This document shows positions 1 through 16,560 of a stretch of 64,000 nucleotides of DNA, one piece after another (position 1 is the first letter of the stretch; the number at the start of each line of letters is the position of its first letter). Where the stretch lies: assembly GCF_009914755.1 (NCBI RefSeq), contig NC_060940.1. The stretch is one strand, 5' to 3'. Both the position numbers and the translations under genes were made by a program. Source of the DNA: the human T2T-CHM13v2.0 reference genome, Homo sapiens. The notes under the pieces are model-generated. The model had not been told where the DNA came from. It ran no database searches and was given only the letters and a program-made list of their open reading frames with translations.

Positions 1-1107
<1,107 letters not shown>

Positions 1108-1352
1108 CTAAAGCTAGTCAATTAGGGGAAAAATAAGCACAACACTGAGGACCAAAGGTCTAACTTTGTTAAAAATAAAAGACGTTTTAAAACTGTCTGC
1201 TAAACATTCATTGACATGTAAATCTGAATGCCAGTGTCTCTGTCTCCTCTCCTCTACCAGGCTGAAGTTCCTCAAGAGTCATTACCATGGTTTTGTGCAT
1301 GTAAGCCACCAATCAGTACTGACTGGATAAAGAAAAAATATACCTAACTTAC

Positions 1353-1433
1353 TTTTTTTCATAGATATCTGTAAATTTAAACAGAGGCAGGCAACAGGCA
1401 GGGGCATCCTGAAGAACAGACATTGTTTCTGCA
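1353..1433 (-). CDS. MARF1: MARF1 exon 13 (start of first LOTUS/OST-HTH domain; (S)[26 protein letters not shown](K))
   Basis: ttttacAG acceptor, AA|GTAAGT donor, 81 nt, phase matches exon 12; missed by the ORF track. Confidence 0.93.
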
Positions 1434-2634
1434 CTGTAAAACAGAAGTTTGATTAGGGAACAGACCATTTCCTCCATATTACAAGTTATATAAACAGAGT
1501 TCATAAAATTAACCCAGTGCATATGCAAAATAAATTTACGGATTTCTGGTATGTCAGAATGTATTTTCCAGAAAAATTTAAAGAAAGGATTTTAGGGACA
1601 AGGCAATGAAAGAAGATTACGTTACACAGTAGAATTAGTATCAATCATAGGGTTTTCCACACCAGTGGAGCAGAAAAGCATGATGAATTCAGAGCAAAAG
1701 GGAGAAGAGCTTAAATATCTCCTGCCACACTGCAGTTTGTTAGATATATGTGATTGGCGTTCCCATAGATAAGGATACACAACTGAATACAACATAATCT
1801 CAACTACAGTTTTAAAAAACCAGAGGCACCAAAAAACGCTCAAAGGGAAAAAATCCAAACAAAACTAAAAGAAGATGCCAAACTGTTAAGTGCAATTGGC
1901 TTTGGGCCATAGGCCTGTGGATGGTTTTTTTTCCCCTGCTTCTTTTATGTTTCTAAACTTTCCAAATTTTCTTCAATAAGCATCATTTTTATTCTGAGAA
2001 CAACAACAAAAAAAAAACCCGTAACTCGTAATTTAAGTAATAGTGAAGTACAAGTTAGAAAAAAGATCTCTGATCATCCAAGGAAACACTCAGGAGTGGG
2101 TCCTGTTTTGCCAGTCTCCCCGAAACAGGGAGACCCAAAGAAGTATCACATTTTACTATGAATAAAACCATCACCAGACGCTTGAGACTGAGATAGTCTT
2201 AAGGTAGACTTATGGGGCTGAGTATCTATTTGACACTAAGGATATATCTGCAAATGGAGAGCTTGAAGATTTGTAGATCTAGTCTTTACACACAAATCTA
2301 CCTTCTACCTAAGATCTCAAGGTAATATTTTAGACTTTTCAGGCTTATAAACTTTTATTGTAGGGGTCTACTATTTTTAGAACCTATTTGAACATGTTGC
2401 GTATTATTTTACTCCCAAGTGCCTGTCAAGTTTAAGCTGTATTCCAGCTTTGATTAATGACTTAGACAAGAGTCAAATGGCTTGTTTCTAACTGTATCAA
2501 TCTAGAATAAGCATTATTCCACATGCAATCATCACAAGGGGGTGGGAATGTGATTGAATCTATTTTTATTATTTCTAAAATTGTTTCTGGGTCAAATGTT
2601 ATTTCCTGAAATAAACAGCTTGCTTGTTTCTTAC

Positions 2635-2813
2635 CTCAGTAAAGAGAGTGATTTGCTGGCAGCCCCGGTGGCAAGTGAGACCAGGATCTTTTTGCTGCCA
2701 ATTTTGTATCTGTGGAGGCTATTCACTGCACCGATCGCATCTTGTAAGTTTTCCATTTGCACAACAGCCTTGAGTTGATAATCTGTATGGGGGCTGAGCT
2801 CAACACTCTTCAC
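2635..2813 (-). CDS. MARF1: MARF1 exon 12 (RRM2 C-terminal part, [20 protein letters not shown]...KILVSLATG)
   Basis: ORF 2631..2813; gttgtAG acceptor, AG|GTAAGA donor, 179 nt. Confidence 0.95.
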
Positions 2814-3292
2814 CTACAACAGGAAAAGCGAAAACTAAACGCTATGTCCGCCCAGAACCCTGTCGTCTTAAAACTGAAGGTGAACCATGAAGGAACACAT
2901 TTGTCGACTGCAGCGCTTCCATGAAGGAGTATGTCTGAACTCTGCTCTTCTGCTGACCAGGACGTAAGAAAGTGAGGATAGGGTGACCTTTAGAGATGTG
3001 ACACTGGCCCGGCCTGCCTGTGTGCTCTGGCACACACAGGTTTCCAAGGCAGGCTCAGAGGCCAACACATGGGAAGAGTGTTTGGGGTCTTTTCTAGACT
3101 CTACAAAACCCAGGACATGGCCATTTTTAAGAATCTACTAAAAAGGTGCATTTTTAGCAAAATTGCACCTAAAAAATGAGTCAAATATAATAAGGCATAA
3201 ACAAGACCAGCCAACATTATTTTAGAATCCTACCTGTATTTCAGCAGGAAGAGCTAACTGAAATCCATCAATGTTTTACTTATCAAATTGCC

Positions 3293-5122
<1,830 letters not shown>

Positions 5123-5673
5123 TGATCCATAGTCACTTTCTACAGTGATCTGCCACCAACTCAGCAGAACAAACACAATGCTAAAAGGAGCTCATGGGAA
5201 TGCAACACGGCCTTACGGCTTCTCTGTCTCCCAAGCATCAAGAATTCCTTGGTGTGAGAGACAGTGATAAATAATTACCATGGTTTACAGAAAACTTTAC
5301 TTCCAAATAGCTTCCTATACAGAACCATATGAATCAGAACCACCAATGCACGGCTCGTTTGGGCTTTTTCCTCAACACAGCGAACATAGGGACATCTTTA
5401 CATGCCCCCCTGCACTGGCCAGGGACTCTCCAACAGGCTTCTCTTTCTGACCTCTGCTTACCACAATTTCCAGATGGAGGAAGAAGAAATGGTGAAAGCA
5501 TTGCCCCTAAATGTTAACGATGATTACCTGAGGAGAGGGGGACTGGCAGAAGAGTGATGGGAGACTTACTTTGTGCATTTCAGTACTATCTGAATTCTTT
5601 TCAACAAACATACTATTTCATAATCCTTCCTATTACATGTAACCACCCCCATGGGTCAAGAAGCTGGACTCAC

Positions 5674-5832
5674 CTAGAAGACCAAGACTGAGATGCGAGC
5701 AGAGGACTGACTTGCCTGGATGCAACTAACTTGCTAAAAGCAGACGGGTAACTCACTTGGAATACAGTCTCCTCTTTATCTTTTTTCTCTACAGGAGAAC
5801 TGGTAACACTTCGGGCACTGAGGTTCTCCTTT
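5674..5832 (-). CDS. MARF1: MARF1 exon 10 ([13 protein letters not shown]...SQSWSS)
   Basis: ORF 5670..5867; ctgttAG acceptor, AG|GTGAGT donor, 159 nt. Confidence 0.94.
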
Positions 5833-5920
5833 CTAACAGAAGGGGAAAATTGAAGGCAAAAGGTCATATGTCTTCCTTCACATTCAAGAAGCAGCTATGA
5901 GAAAGAGTAGTTTCACATAC

Positions 5921-6078
5921 TTCTGACTGGTTTTGTAAACGGGTTCTGCCACCCCCGAGTTTTTCGGCGTCGACACTGCAGCACTTGAGTTACCGTGAGT
6001 GGGTACGACCAGCCTCAGGTGACCTTGCTGGTGCTCACTGTTTCTATGACCAGTTTTTGACTCCATGCGGCACAGCTC
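5921..6078 (-). CDS. MARF1: MARF1 exon 9 (ELCRMESK...VYKTSQ)
   Basis: ORF 5884..6096; ttgaAG acceptor, AA|GTATGT donor, 158 nt; 88-nt intron to exon 10. Confidence 0.93.
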
Positions 6079-6276
6079 CTTCAAAGACACAAGCACAGTG
6101 GGGTTTAAATTTTAAGTACCCAAGATGTGTTAGATCCTTTACAGAAAACGATTGACTTTGAGTATCATCAAACACTGAAATCAAAAAGGGACACGCCAAA
6201 AGCAAGCGGGCACGTAAAACACAGAAACAAACCAAACCTACCATAAACTTCAGAAAGCAAGAGGTATCAAAATTAC

Positions 6277-6705
6277 CTGTAAACTTTTAACATTTGTATT
6301 TTTTGTAGCAGATCCAGAATTTGCCTGTGACCCTTTTCCAGGCGTGGCTTTGGCACTGGAAGATTGTTCACTTGCATCTTTGATGAGGCACAATTTTGGA
6401 TTCTTAAGTTTTTTGGGAGACTTCACTTTATCAGCAATTGCATTTGAACTCTTTGTTTCACAGAGTTCTCTATTTTTTGGAGTAAATGACACAATGATCC
6501 TATTACCAAAGACATCTTCGTTTTCCATTCGCTTCTGAGCGCGCTCTGCACTATCTTGGTTTATGAAGCGGAGAATTGCACTGCAGCCTGTGATACTCAG
6601 CACTTTCCCACCACAATTATCGGACAGGCGTCTGAGCCTGTTGCTGACGCTCTTGCCATCCTTATTTGCTGGTAGGTTATAAACATAGAGCAGAGTGTGG
6701 CACTG
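6277..6705 (-). CDS. MARF1: MARF1 exon 8 (RRM1: [12 protein letters not shown]...GNRIIVSF, then low-complexity linker)
   Basis: ORF 6250..6603 extends upstream to a TAG/CAG acceptor; CAG|GTAATT donor; 429 nt. Confidence 0.95.
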
Positions 6706-7059
6706 CTAATACAGAGGAAAGAAGTGTTACGTCAGGTTAATTCAAGGGCACACATTCAATTTCAAAATAAGAACAATGGGTGACCTCCAAACTTCAGTTA
6801 ACAACTTTGAAGAGAAGATGACAGTGATTTAGATGGGAGAGGGTAAATTATTTAGTGTTGACAAAGTAACTGAATATTGTTTTAAAGAATATGCTTTAGC
6901 TGGGCATGGTGGTGCATGCCTACAGTCCCAGCTACTCAGGTGGGAGGATTACCTGAGCCCAGGAAGATTGAGGCTGGAGTGACTGTGCCACTGCACTCCA
7001 CTCTGAGTGACAGAGTGAGACACTGTCTCAAAAAATAAAAATAAAAAAGAATATGCTAG

Positions 7060-7300
7060 GCACAGAGGTCTGTATACTATATGATTCCATTTCTATAAAG
7101 CATCCAGAAAATACAAATCTACAGAGACAGAAAGATTAGTAGTGCCTGGGAGTGGGGAAGGGGATTAATTATAAATTAGCATAATAGATTTACTGAGGTG
7201 ACAAAAATATTCTAAAATTGTACAACTCAATTTACTAAAAATTATTGTACACTTAAAAGAGCTGAATTTTGTAATATGTAAATCATATCTCAACGAAGTT
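7060..7300 (+). mobile_element. Old L1M 3' end fragment
   Basis: TATGATTCCATTTCTATAAA...ACAGAAAGATTAGTAGTGCCTGGG...TGTACACTTAAAA motifs. Confidence 0.6.
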
Positions 7301-7354
7301 GTTTTTTAAAAGTCTATTTATTCTGCAGGTCTGCTGAATAATAACTTATAGAGC

Positions 7355-7429
7355 CAGAAGGTGAGCAGGGTCAGTCCTGGTTGGTTTTTGCATAGGAGAA
7401 TGCCTGGGAATACTAGGAGCTATAGGCTT
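7355..7429 (+). pseudogene. 5'-truncated 5S rRNA retro-pseudogene
   Basis: Colinear with the 3' 75 nt of 5S rRNA (about 16 mismatches by hand count), A-rich tail, possible TSD TAGAGCC at 7349 and 7464. Confidence 0.85.
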
Positions 7430-7582
7430 AAGTAAACAAAAATTTTTTTAAAACCCAACAATTTAGAGCCTGTTCAGCTTCAACAGCAGATTGCCAGTAG
7501 TTAGGCTGGAAGTTTTATTTGGCAGTGGGTAGTCATAATTCTTCCAGATAAGTTGAAATTTATGTATTAAGAAGTAGAACTT

Positions 7583-8657
<1,075 letters not shown>

Positions 8658-9304
8658 TTACAGAAGAAATAAAAAGCAAACAACGATAATCATAAAAGGA
8701 TATTTTGCACTGTGTTAAAGATTAAAAGTCAATTATAAGATGATGCTGTTTTTCACTTACTGGCCTGGCAAACATTTAAAACAGACACTCTTATGAGTGT
8801 AAATTAGTACCACCTTCCTGGAGGAAGACATGGATCTTGCTAGTAAAGTTCTAACCCAGAACTCTTATGCCTTGGAAATTACCCTATGGTATGTCAGCCC
8901 AGGAGCCTAAAGATATAAATTACCTTGCTGGAAATGGTAAAAAACAAAACAAAACACAAAACTGGGTATAAACAAAATGTCCACTAACAGGTAGACTGGT
9001 TAAATAAAGACCAGCCATACAAGTACTTTTCAAACCAAAGTTCTGGTTTTTAAAATGTGGCAGATTTATATTAATATATATTAACATGAAAAGACATCCA
9101 AGCTCTGACATAGTTTTTTTCCAAAAGCCACAGAACACTGTATATGTGACACATTTTTTTTTAAACGTACATTTTTTAAATCTGGAGGGCAATACCAAAA
9201 TATTAACAGTGGTTACTTCTGGAGGGTAGAATTGTGGGGTTTTCACTTTCCACATTTCTAAATATTGTGTTTTGTTTGTTTTTACAATGATCATACCATA
9301 CTAT

Positions 9305-10036
9305 TCTTTTCTTTCTTTTTTTTTTAGATTTTTTGAGACACAGTCTACTCTGTCACCCAGGCTGGAGTGCAGTGGTGTGATCTCGGCTTACTGCAACCTC
9401 CACTTTCAGGTTCAAGTGATTCTCCTGTCTCAGCCTCCCAAGCAGCTAGGACTACCAGTGCCCGCCACCACACCTGGCTAATTTTTGTATTTTTAGTAGA
9501 GATGGGGTTTCGCCACATCGGCCAGGCTGGTCTCGAACTCCTGACCTTAGGTGATTGGTGATCTGCCCACCTCAGCTTCCCAAAGTACTGGGATTGCAGG
9601 CGTGAGCCACATCACTCGGCCCACACCATACTTTTCTAATCAGAGGCTTTTCTTTTTATTTGAGGGGTACTGACCAATTATCAACAAAATCTACACTTTT
9701 CCTATTACACCTGGGACTCAAAACCCAGGCAGTACCAATGTATGTTTAATTTATTAAAATTAAAGGAACAGACTAAAGAACATAAAAAGAAATGTATCTT
9801 AAATTATCACTCTAGTGGATGGGAAAAAACATCCAGCAAAACTAAATGGTTTGAATTATCAAAACATTGTTTTGGTTTTTTTAACCATAAGGAATAAGAA
9901 TCTCCAAAGTGGGCAAGTTCTTACCTAAAACACTACATTTACTTTTTTTTTTTTTTTTGAAACAGAGTCTCGCTCTGTCGACCAGGCTGGAGTGCAGTGG
10001 CGCGATCTCAGCTCACTGCAACCTTCACCTCCCAGG
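9305..10036 (-). mobile_element. AluS 9305-9621 and truncated Alu 9943-10036
   Basis: Alu consensus. Confidence 0.85.
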
Positions 10037-11237
10037 AAAAAACACCGTATTTACATAAGGCCTTCAAAGTTAGAAAAGTGACCGTCAAACAGAAGCAGAA
10101 GGGAAGAAATGTAACTACAGCCAAGTGACTAAAAACAAATAATGACAAAGGTGAGTTAGGAAAGAGCCTCAAAAGATTAAGGTAAGGCCTGTATATGCTT
10201 ACTCCCTGGGTAAGCCTCTGGTATCCACAACTCTCAACTGTCCATAGCATGAGTTTCAACTTAAGCCAGACCGCAGGGGGCTTGTTGGGTATCGGGGACA
10301 CAGGTGACTAGCAGGCAAGTGCCGGAATCAGGATACCCGGGGCCCACTCTCTTAACTGCTGCAATCACCAATGACACGTTTACTTTTTCTAAGAGCTGAT
10401 TTCTTTCTCCCTTAAATGAAGACTTTGCATGAGATCATGTCTAACGTACTTCTGTAACTCTCAGTTATTAAATTATATGTGAAGACTTTCATTTAACGTA
10501 TGGGATTGCCCACTCTCCTGGATCACCCACACCATGGCTCCTTCTCCATTATCATTAATTCTTTCAGAGTTACACACATATTCGCCAGCGGCTTAAACAC
10601 AGCCCAGCACTGCAATAAACATTCTTATCCCAAGTCAAGTCTATCAGAAATGCTAGTCCTGGAAATGTGCTCACACCCTCCTCCCAGTATATGGCATAAA
10701 CAGGCTACACACAGGTGGAGCAATAACCACTCCTGCTAATTGTGTCCATGCACCACAGGGAATGCACAATAGAAAGCACAGACTCAGAGGCCCGCTGAAG
10801 CTTAAGGATTAAATACCGAAAAAAATGCACAATTGACTCCACTTATTTGGTGCCAACCACACAAGTATGTGAGAACCCTCGCCATATTCTCTACCCATAA
10901 TACTTGGAAGCAAAAAGAATCATGACTTTTAATCCGTTATTTCTATCCACCTGACACAAAACACTGCTAGCTTTGAAGACACTGGCAAGTTGGGAAGGTA
11001 AATCTACAAGTCAATTTCATATGATATTTTGAAATAAATAAAAGCAAACTTCATACATACCAATTATCTGTATATTTGTGAGAAGAACCGAAGGTTTCTA
11101 AGCCTTACTTCAAAATCTAACCCACCTCTTACAAAGAACAGCCCCATCTGGGCCTGGCAACCCCCTTATTATGGGCTGTCTTTCAGCCTCCACAATGTAA
11201 TATTGGAAAATGGCAAAAATAACGCAAACCCACTTAC

Positions 11238-11410
11238 TGGCATTTTTAGTGGTAACCTGGGGGGCAAGTCGGAAATGAACTCTTCAAATCTGATCAGCTC
11301 GTTAGCATGATGCAGCAGTGCTTCTGAGGCCTGGTTTTTATGGACCAAAATAATGTGGAAACCATGCCTGTGTCTCAGGTCACTAAGTTCCAATGCAAAA
11401 TTGACATCAG
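11238..11410 (-). CDS. MARF1: MARF1 exon 7 (NYN domain C-terminal part, [18 protein letters not shown]...PLKMP)
   Basis: ORF 11169..11465; tttcAG acceptor, CCA|GTAAGT donor, 173 nt. Confidence 0.95.
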
Positions 11411-11675
11411 CTGAAAGAAAAGGTACAGACCAACCCCATCCCCAAACATTAGAAACACTTGACAAAGACAGACAACTCTATTGACACCCACTGAGAAGAA
11501 AGGAAAGGCTGGACTATATTCAAAATTGCTTCCCCCGTTTCTTAGGAAAGAAACACGTTTCACATCAGAAGAATGTAAGACAATCTTACCAAAAGAATTC
11601 CAAGACACATATGTTACTTTCAGTATTAAAAAGGAGCAAATATGTTGGGGAGACTCAAATTTGAAAATTAACTTA

Positions 11676-12150
<475 letters not shown>

Positions 12151-12286
12151 TCAACAATAACCATAAACATGTCTCATGTACTTCAGCCTCTTTGGGGATA
12201 CATTTTACTTTCACATGTTGCTGGCTTCTATGATAATTTCCCACACAGTGAGTTTAGCTGAAATTAGCAGATGTTTCTGTACTTAC

Positions 12287-12404
12287 TTGACACAAGAACC
12301 ACTGTGGCTGGAGCAGTGTGTGTATTTGCAAATCTGCGGAGACTCTGCCGCAGTTTATCATCAGCGGCATTCTTTGCAGTAGCATTGATGTGGGCAACGG
12401 TTAC
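12287..12404 (-). CDS. MARF1: MARF1 exon 6 (NYN domain, [39 protein letters not shown])
   Basis: atgcAG acceptor, A|GTAAGT donor, 118 nt in phase; KNAAD motif typical of NYN/PIN-like nucleases. Confidence 0.95.
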
Positions 12405-12479
12405 CTGCATTAATTTATAATAAGGGTGAATAAGCAGGAGCTGAGGCTAGAAAATTGCTACACATTCTGCCCATATTTT

Positions 12480-12909
12480 TTATTTTTTAAATTTTATTAT
12501 ACTTTAAGTTCTGGGGTACATGTGCAGAACGTGCAGGTTTGTTACATAGGTATACATGTGCCGTGGTGGTTTGCTGCACCTATCAACCCATCATCTAGGT
12601 TTTATGCCCCCACATGTATTAGGTATTTGTTCTAATGCTCTTCCTCCCCTTCCCCCAACCCCGACAGACAGACCCCAGTGTGTGTTTTTCCCCTCCCTGT
12701 GTCCATGTGTTCTCACTGTTCAACTCCCACTTATAAGGCAAGAACATGCACTGTTTGGTTTTCTGTTCCTACATTAGTTTGCTGAGAATAATGACTTCCA
12801 GCTTCATCCATGTCCCTGCAAAGGACATTATCTCATTCTTTTTTATGGCTGCATAGTATTCCATCGTGTATTATGTGCCACATTTTCTTTATCCAGTCTA
12901 TCACTGATG
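12480..12909 (-). mobile_element. 5'-truncated primate L1PA (L1PA7/8-like) 3' end
   Basis: L1 3'UTR sequence; 14-bp TSD TCTGCCCATATTTT at 12466 and 12910. Confidence 0.9.
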
Positions 12910-13240
12910 TCTGCCCATATTTTAATAAGTAATTCTTGAGAAAAAAATTCTTATTACTATTGGGAATGGTAAAAAATTACAACAGATCTCAGTAATCTCA
13001 ACATTGGTTCTTGATATGAACTGGGTTTGTGACTAACCCTGCTCTCATCTCCAATCTTCTGTTTTTGCATTTCTTTCATCCTCCTTTCAGAAAATAAGTA
13101 GAATATAGGAAGTGAAATTTGAACTCAGTTAAATTTGCTCTAATAGCTTCTGCCAACAATTTGGAGGTGGTAAAGATCAGACAAATGACTAAAATAAGAT
13201 TTAAGGCTGTGTTTTATGTCAACTGTCCATGCTACCCATG

Positions 13241-13436
13241 CAAGCTTGTGCAATCTGCCTTTTGTTGTTGTTTTCTGTTTTGTTTTGTTTTGGGCTTTTA
13301 GCAGCTGGAAGCCATAGTTTTTAGTTTCCGTCCCTACTAATAAGCAGAAAAGAGAGATAAGGAAGGTGCTTTACTAGCCCAACCAGAAACAGAAACTGAG
13401 AATCCATGATTGTATTCTCTCCCTTGGACACCCCTG
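13241..13436 (-). mobile_element. MER30-family (MER30B-like) hAT DNA transposon
   Basis: Ends read CAGGGGTGTCCAA ... ACAAGCTTG on the minus strand, like MER30 termini; no TSD seen. Confidence 0.65.
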
Positions 13437-14064
13437 GATGGCTTTCAGGATCTGGGGTGAGGTGGTAGAGAGAGGAGGGAGGATATCCCCTAAGGGAGCT
13501 AAAATGCATTTATTTCTGTTAAAACTATCAGGCTCGCATATAAGTCCCCAAAGGAAGGAAAGGTTTATTTTGAGAAAGTTGCCTCAGGCACCTGCAATAC
13601 ACAATAATAACTTGCTGGTTTTTGTAAAGAACATGGGTATATCATTTTAGACAAGCAATATGGACTATCAATATAATTAATTATCTAAGAGTCAAAAGAC
13701 CCAAATTCTAGTTTCAGCTTAAAAGCAGACTCTGGGGGTCAGACAAATCTAGATTTGGATCTTTGCTCTTCCTGGCCAAGTGATCTTAAACAAGTTTCTT
13801 CACCTCTCAGGGCCTTAGTTTAATTTGTAAATTGTGAATTATATATTCTACGTGCCTGGTTCAAAGAGCAGTAATGAAAATCAAAGGAAATAATACATAT
13901 ATAACCATTATACCAGTATAGAACTAAAATATAAATTAGGGAGCATAACTGAAAGAATGATTAAATTATTTCTAGTACTTTGGAAGTGATCTTTTGCTAA
14001 TTTATTTTATTTGAAAACTTGGCACAAATGCAATATCATTAAACAAATTTTCAATCAGAATTCT

Positions 14065-14080
14065 AAAAAAAAAAAAAACA

Positions 14081-14114
<34 letters not shown>

Positions 14115-14468
14115 ACAGCACTTTTAGAGGCCAAGGCAAGAGGACTGCTTGATCCCAGGAGTTTGAGACAAGCCTCCACCACCTAACCCTGGATCCTGAA
14201 AGCCATCCAGGGGTGTCCAAGGGACAGAATACAGTCATGGGTTCTTAGTTTCTGTTTCTGGTTGGAACATAGGGAGACCTCGTCTCTACAAAAAATAAAA
14301 AATGAGCCGAGCATGATGGCGTGCATCTGTGATCCTGGCTAGTTGGGAGGCTGAGGTGGGAGGATCACTGGGGTCCCAGGGTTCGAGGCTGCAGGGAGCC
14401 ATGAATGCGTCACTGCACTCCAGCCTGGGTGACACTTAGACTCTGTCTCAAAACAAACAAACAAACAA
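14065..14468 (+). repeat. poly(A)+(CA)n microsatellite followed by an AluJ-like element carrying a 92-nt foreign insert
   Basis: (CA)n about 14082-14112; Alu 14115-14468. Confidence 0.85.
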
Positions 14469-14521
14469 ATATCTGCTTATTCCTCTACTGTAGATTAAAA
14501 TTATTAAATTTTTTTTTTTAC

Positions 14522-14748
14522 CTGGCAATTATTCAGCTCTTGAATAACTTCCTTGTTTTCTTTACTGATGTCACATACACAGATGAATTCTGCTTCTCTG
14601 TGGCCTTTAAAAAACTTCTCACGGATTCTTTGCACAACAGCAGTTGCTGACCGGCCAGAGGGAACGGAGCAGTTTTCAATATCCCAAAAAACTCCAATGG
14701 GGGGTAAGTTTTCTAGCACCTGTCCAGCTACTGCAACTTCTGGTGACC
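14522..14748 (-). CDS. MARF1: MARF1 exon 5 (NYN domain start, GVFWDIENC)
   Basis: ORF 14504..14719; cttaAG acceptor, CAG|GTAAAA donor, 227 nt. Confidence 0.96.
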
Positions 14749-15661
14749 CTTAAGAAATGTTAACATTTTCAATTACTTGTAGTGGAAAATAAATGGCAAG
14801 TTACAATAAGATAATAAACTACCTATCATTCTCAGTGGTAGAAAAACTAAATTATTAATGAATGCCAAGTTTTAAGGCTACCAACCTCACTGGTTGACCT
14901 AATAAGCAATCAAGCTGTCAAAAAGTATCACTCTAAGAGATTATTTCTGTTTTTCAGGAGAAGACAAATCTAAAAGTCAAGTAACTTTAAGCCCACAATA
15001 AATCCACCTCCAAGCATGAGCCACTCTGACATTAAGCAGTGATGCTTCTCTGAACACAAGCACACTAACTGACCGGATACTGCAGCTCCAGGACCCGACT
15101 TTCAAGCTTAGCCCACACTTATCTACCTACTTGGTAGTAACCAACACTGAGGAGCTGACAAAGGGTGAAGCTGTTACTGTCGTTGATTTTGAGTTAACGC
15201 TGCATTAACATCTGATTTAATATTTTAAAAATGTTTTCAAAACGTCGCATTAACTACTTTTTAGGGAAATTATTTTAACTGAGAACTCTTTGGTTTTCAA
15301 ATACTGTTTTTAATCAGCCATCAGTAAATTGTTCTAAGCACTTCTAGGGAGTATACCATCAACAAGTGTGATTTCCAACCTAAGGTGACACCAAGTCTTT
15401 TCCAGCACTTTTATTTCTCCTGATATACTACCAATTTTTCTATACACAGCTTCTGTGTATAGCCTCGGCCCAACATAAAGGGCAAATGACTTCCTGGTCC
15501 ATAATAATAAAAAGATTTCTACCAAGATATGGAATTGGAGACTCACATACACAGTAGCTTTAGAACCATAAGGAATCCTTCAAAGGTGATTAAATGCAAT
15601 GTTAGTATGAGATATTGAAAGCTATTTAAATATGCACATTTTATGCCATACTGTCATTTAC

Positions 15662-15836
15662 CAAATTTTGAAGCAGCTTTGCCTAGACTGGTCGCCAATA
15701 ACAACGTGGTCTCCTTCCCTGTTCCTTTGGTTCCACAGCCATTACACAGAGGGACAGCAAGAGGTGCAGGTTGAGTATTTGGAGGTGGTATATTTGGCCA
15801 GACTTTAGCCGCATCGATTATGCTATTTCTTGCTGG
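15662..15836 (-). CDS. MARF1: MARF1 exon 4 ([22 protein letters not shown]...GKAASKF)
   Basis: aaacAG acceptor, G|GTAAAT donor, 175 nt; open frame that bridges exons 3 and 5 in phase; missed by the ORF track. Confidence 0.93.
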
Positions 15837-16560
15837 CTGTTTTAAATTTTTTTTAAAAAGGAGGAGGTGTCAGATACATCATTTCAGAAGCTGGAGTTAT
15901 ATACAACAACTGAAAATACACTCTAAGTGTTTTACCTTTCCACTTGCTAGCCTCTAATAAAAAGGACTTTCAAATAATCTTTCCAAGAACCATTAGCTAT
16001 CAGTTCATAAATTCATTTCCAGAAGTGACTTGACATGATCAAGAAAGATATTCACGTGGTCAGATCTTTACATTCTGGGGCATGAGTCTGCTGCAACGAA
16101 GACCTCACACATATTTTACATAAAGGGTAGCAAAGTCTCACTTGAACACCAATGTGACTGAGGCCAAGCTTCAGGTTTCCCACATTATTGCAAAAAGACA
16201 ACATGCAGTTATCTACCTTACATGAATGGGCCCATGTGTAAGCTGAATGTAAGTTATAAAAAATCCATCGTGCTTTAGCCTTTAAACATAGAACACGAAG
16301 GCTTTGCCAACCTCTTGTTTGCAACAAGAGGCTCTAAAAGTATAAACTACAAAAATAATGACTCTCTACTTTTTTGAATGATCTCCCATCTTACCCTTTG
16401 TTTCTTTCAGAACCAGCAAAAATTATGCTGATGGGGAGATTCCCCTATACCATGGGAGAATCTTCAACCCCATGTATAATACTTTTCAAGATAAATCCAC
16501 TTCAAAAGTCATTCCTCAATCCTCAGCTGCACCCAACTTAAGAAATAAAAAGATACGAAC

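Noticed and set aside
2842-3068. Two short ORFs upstream of MARF1 exon 12
   Set aside because: Exons 11 and 12 already join in frame; no recognisable similarity.
16052-16327. 91-aa minus-strand ORF and 9-bp palindrome (16311-16331) in MARF1 intron 3
   Set aside because: Non-ATG start, no convincing splice sites or homology; short palindromes are expected by chance.
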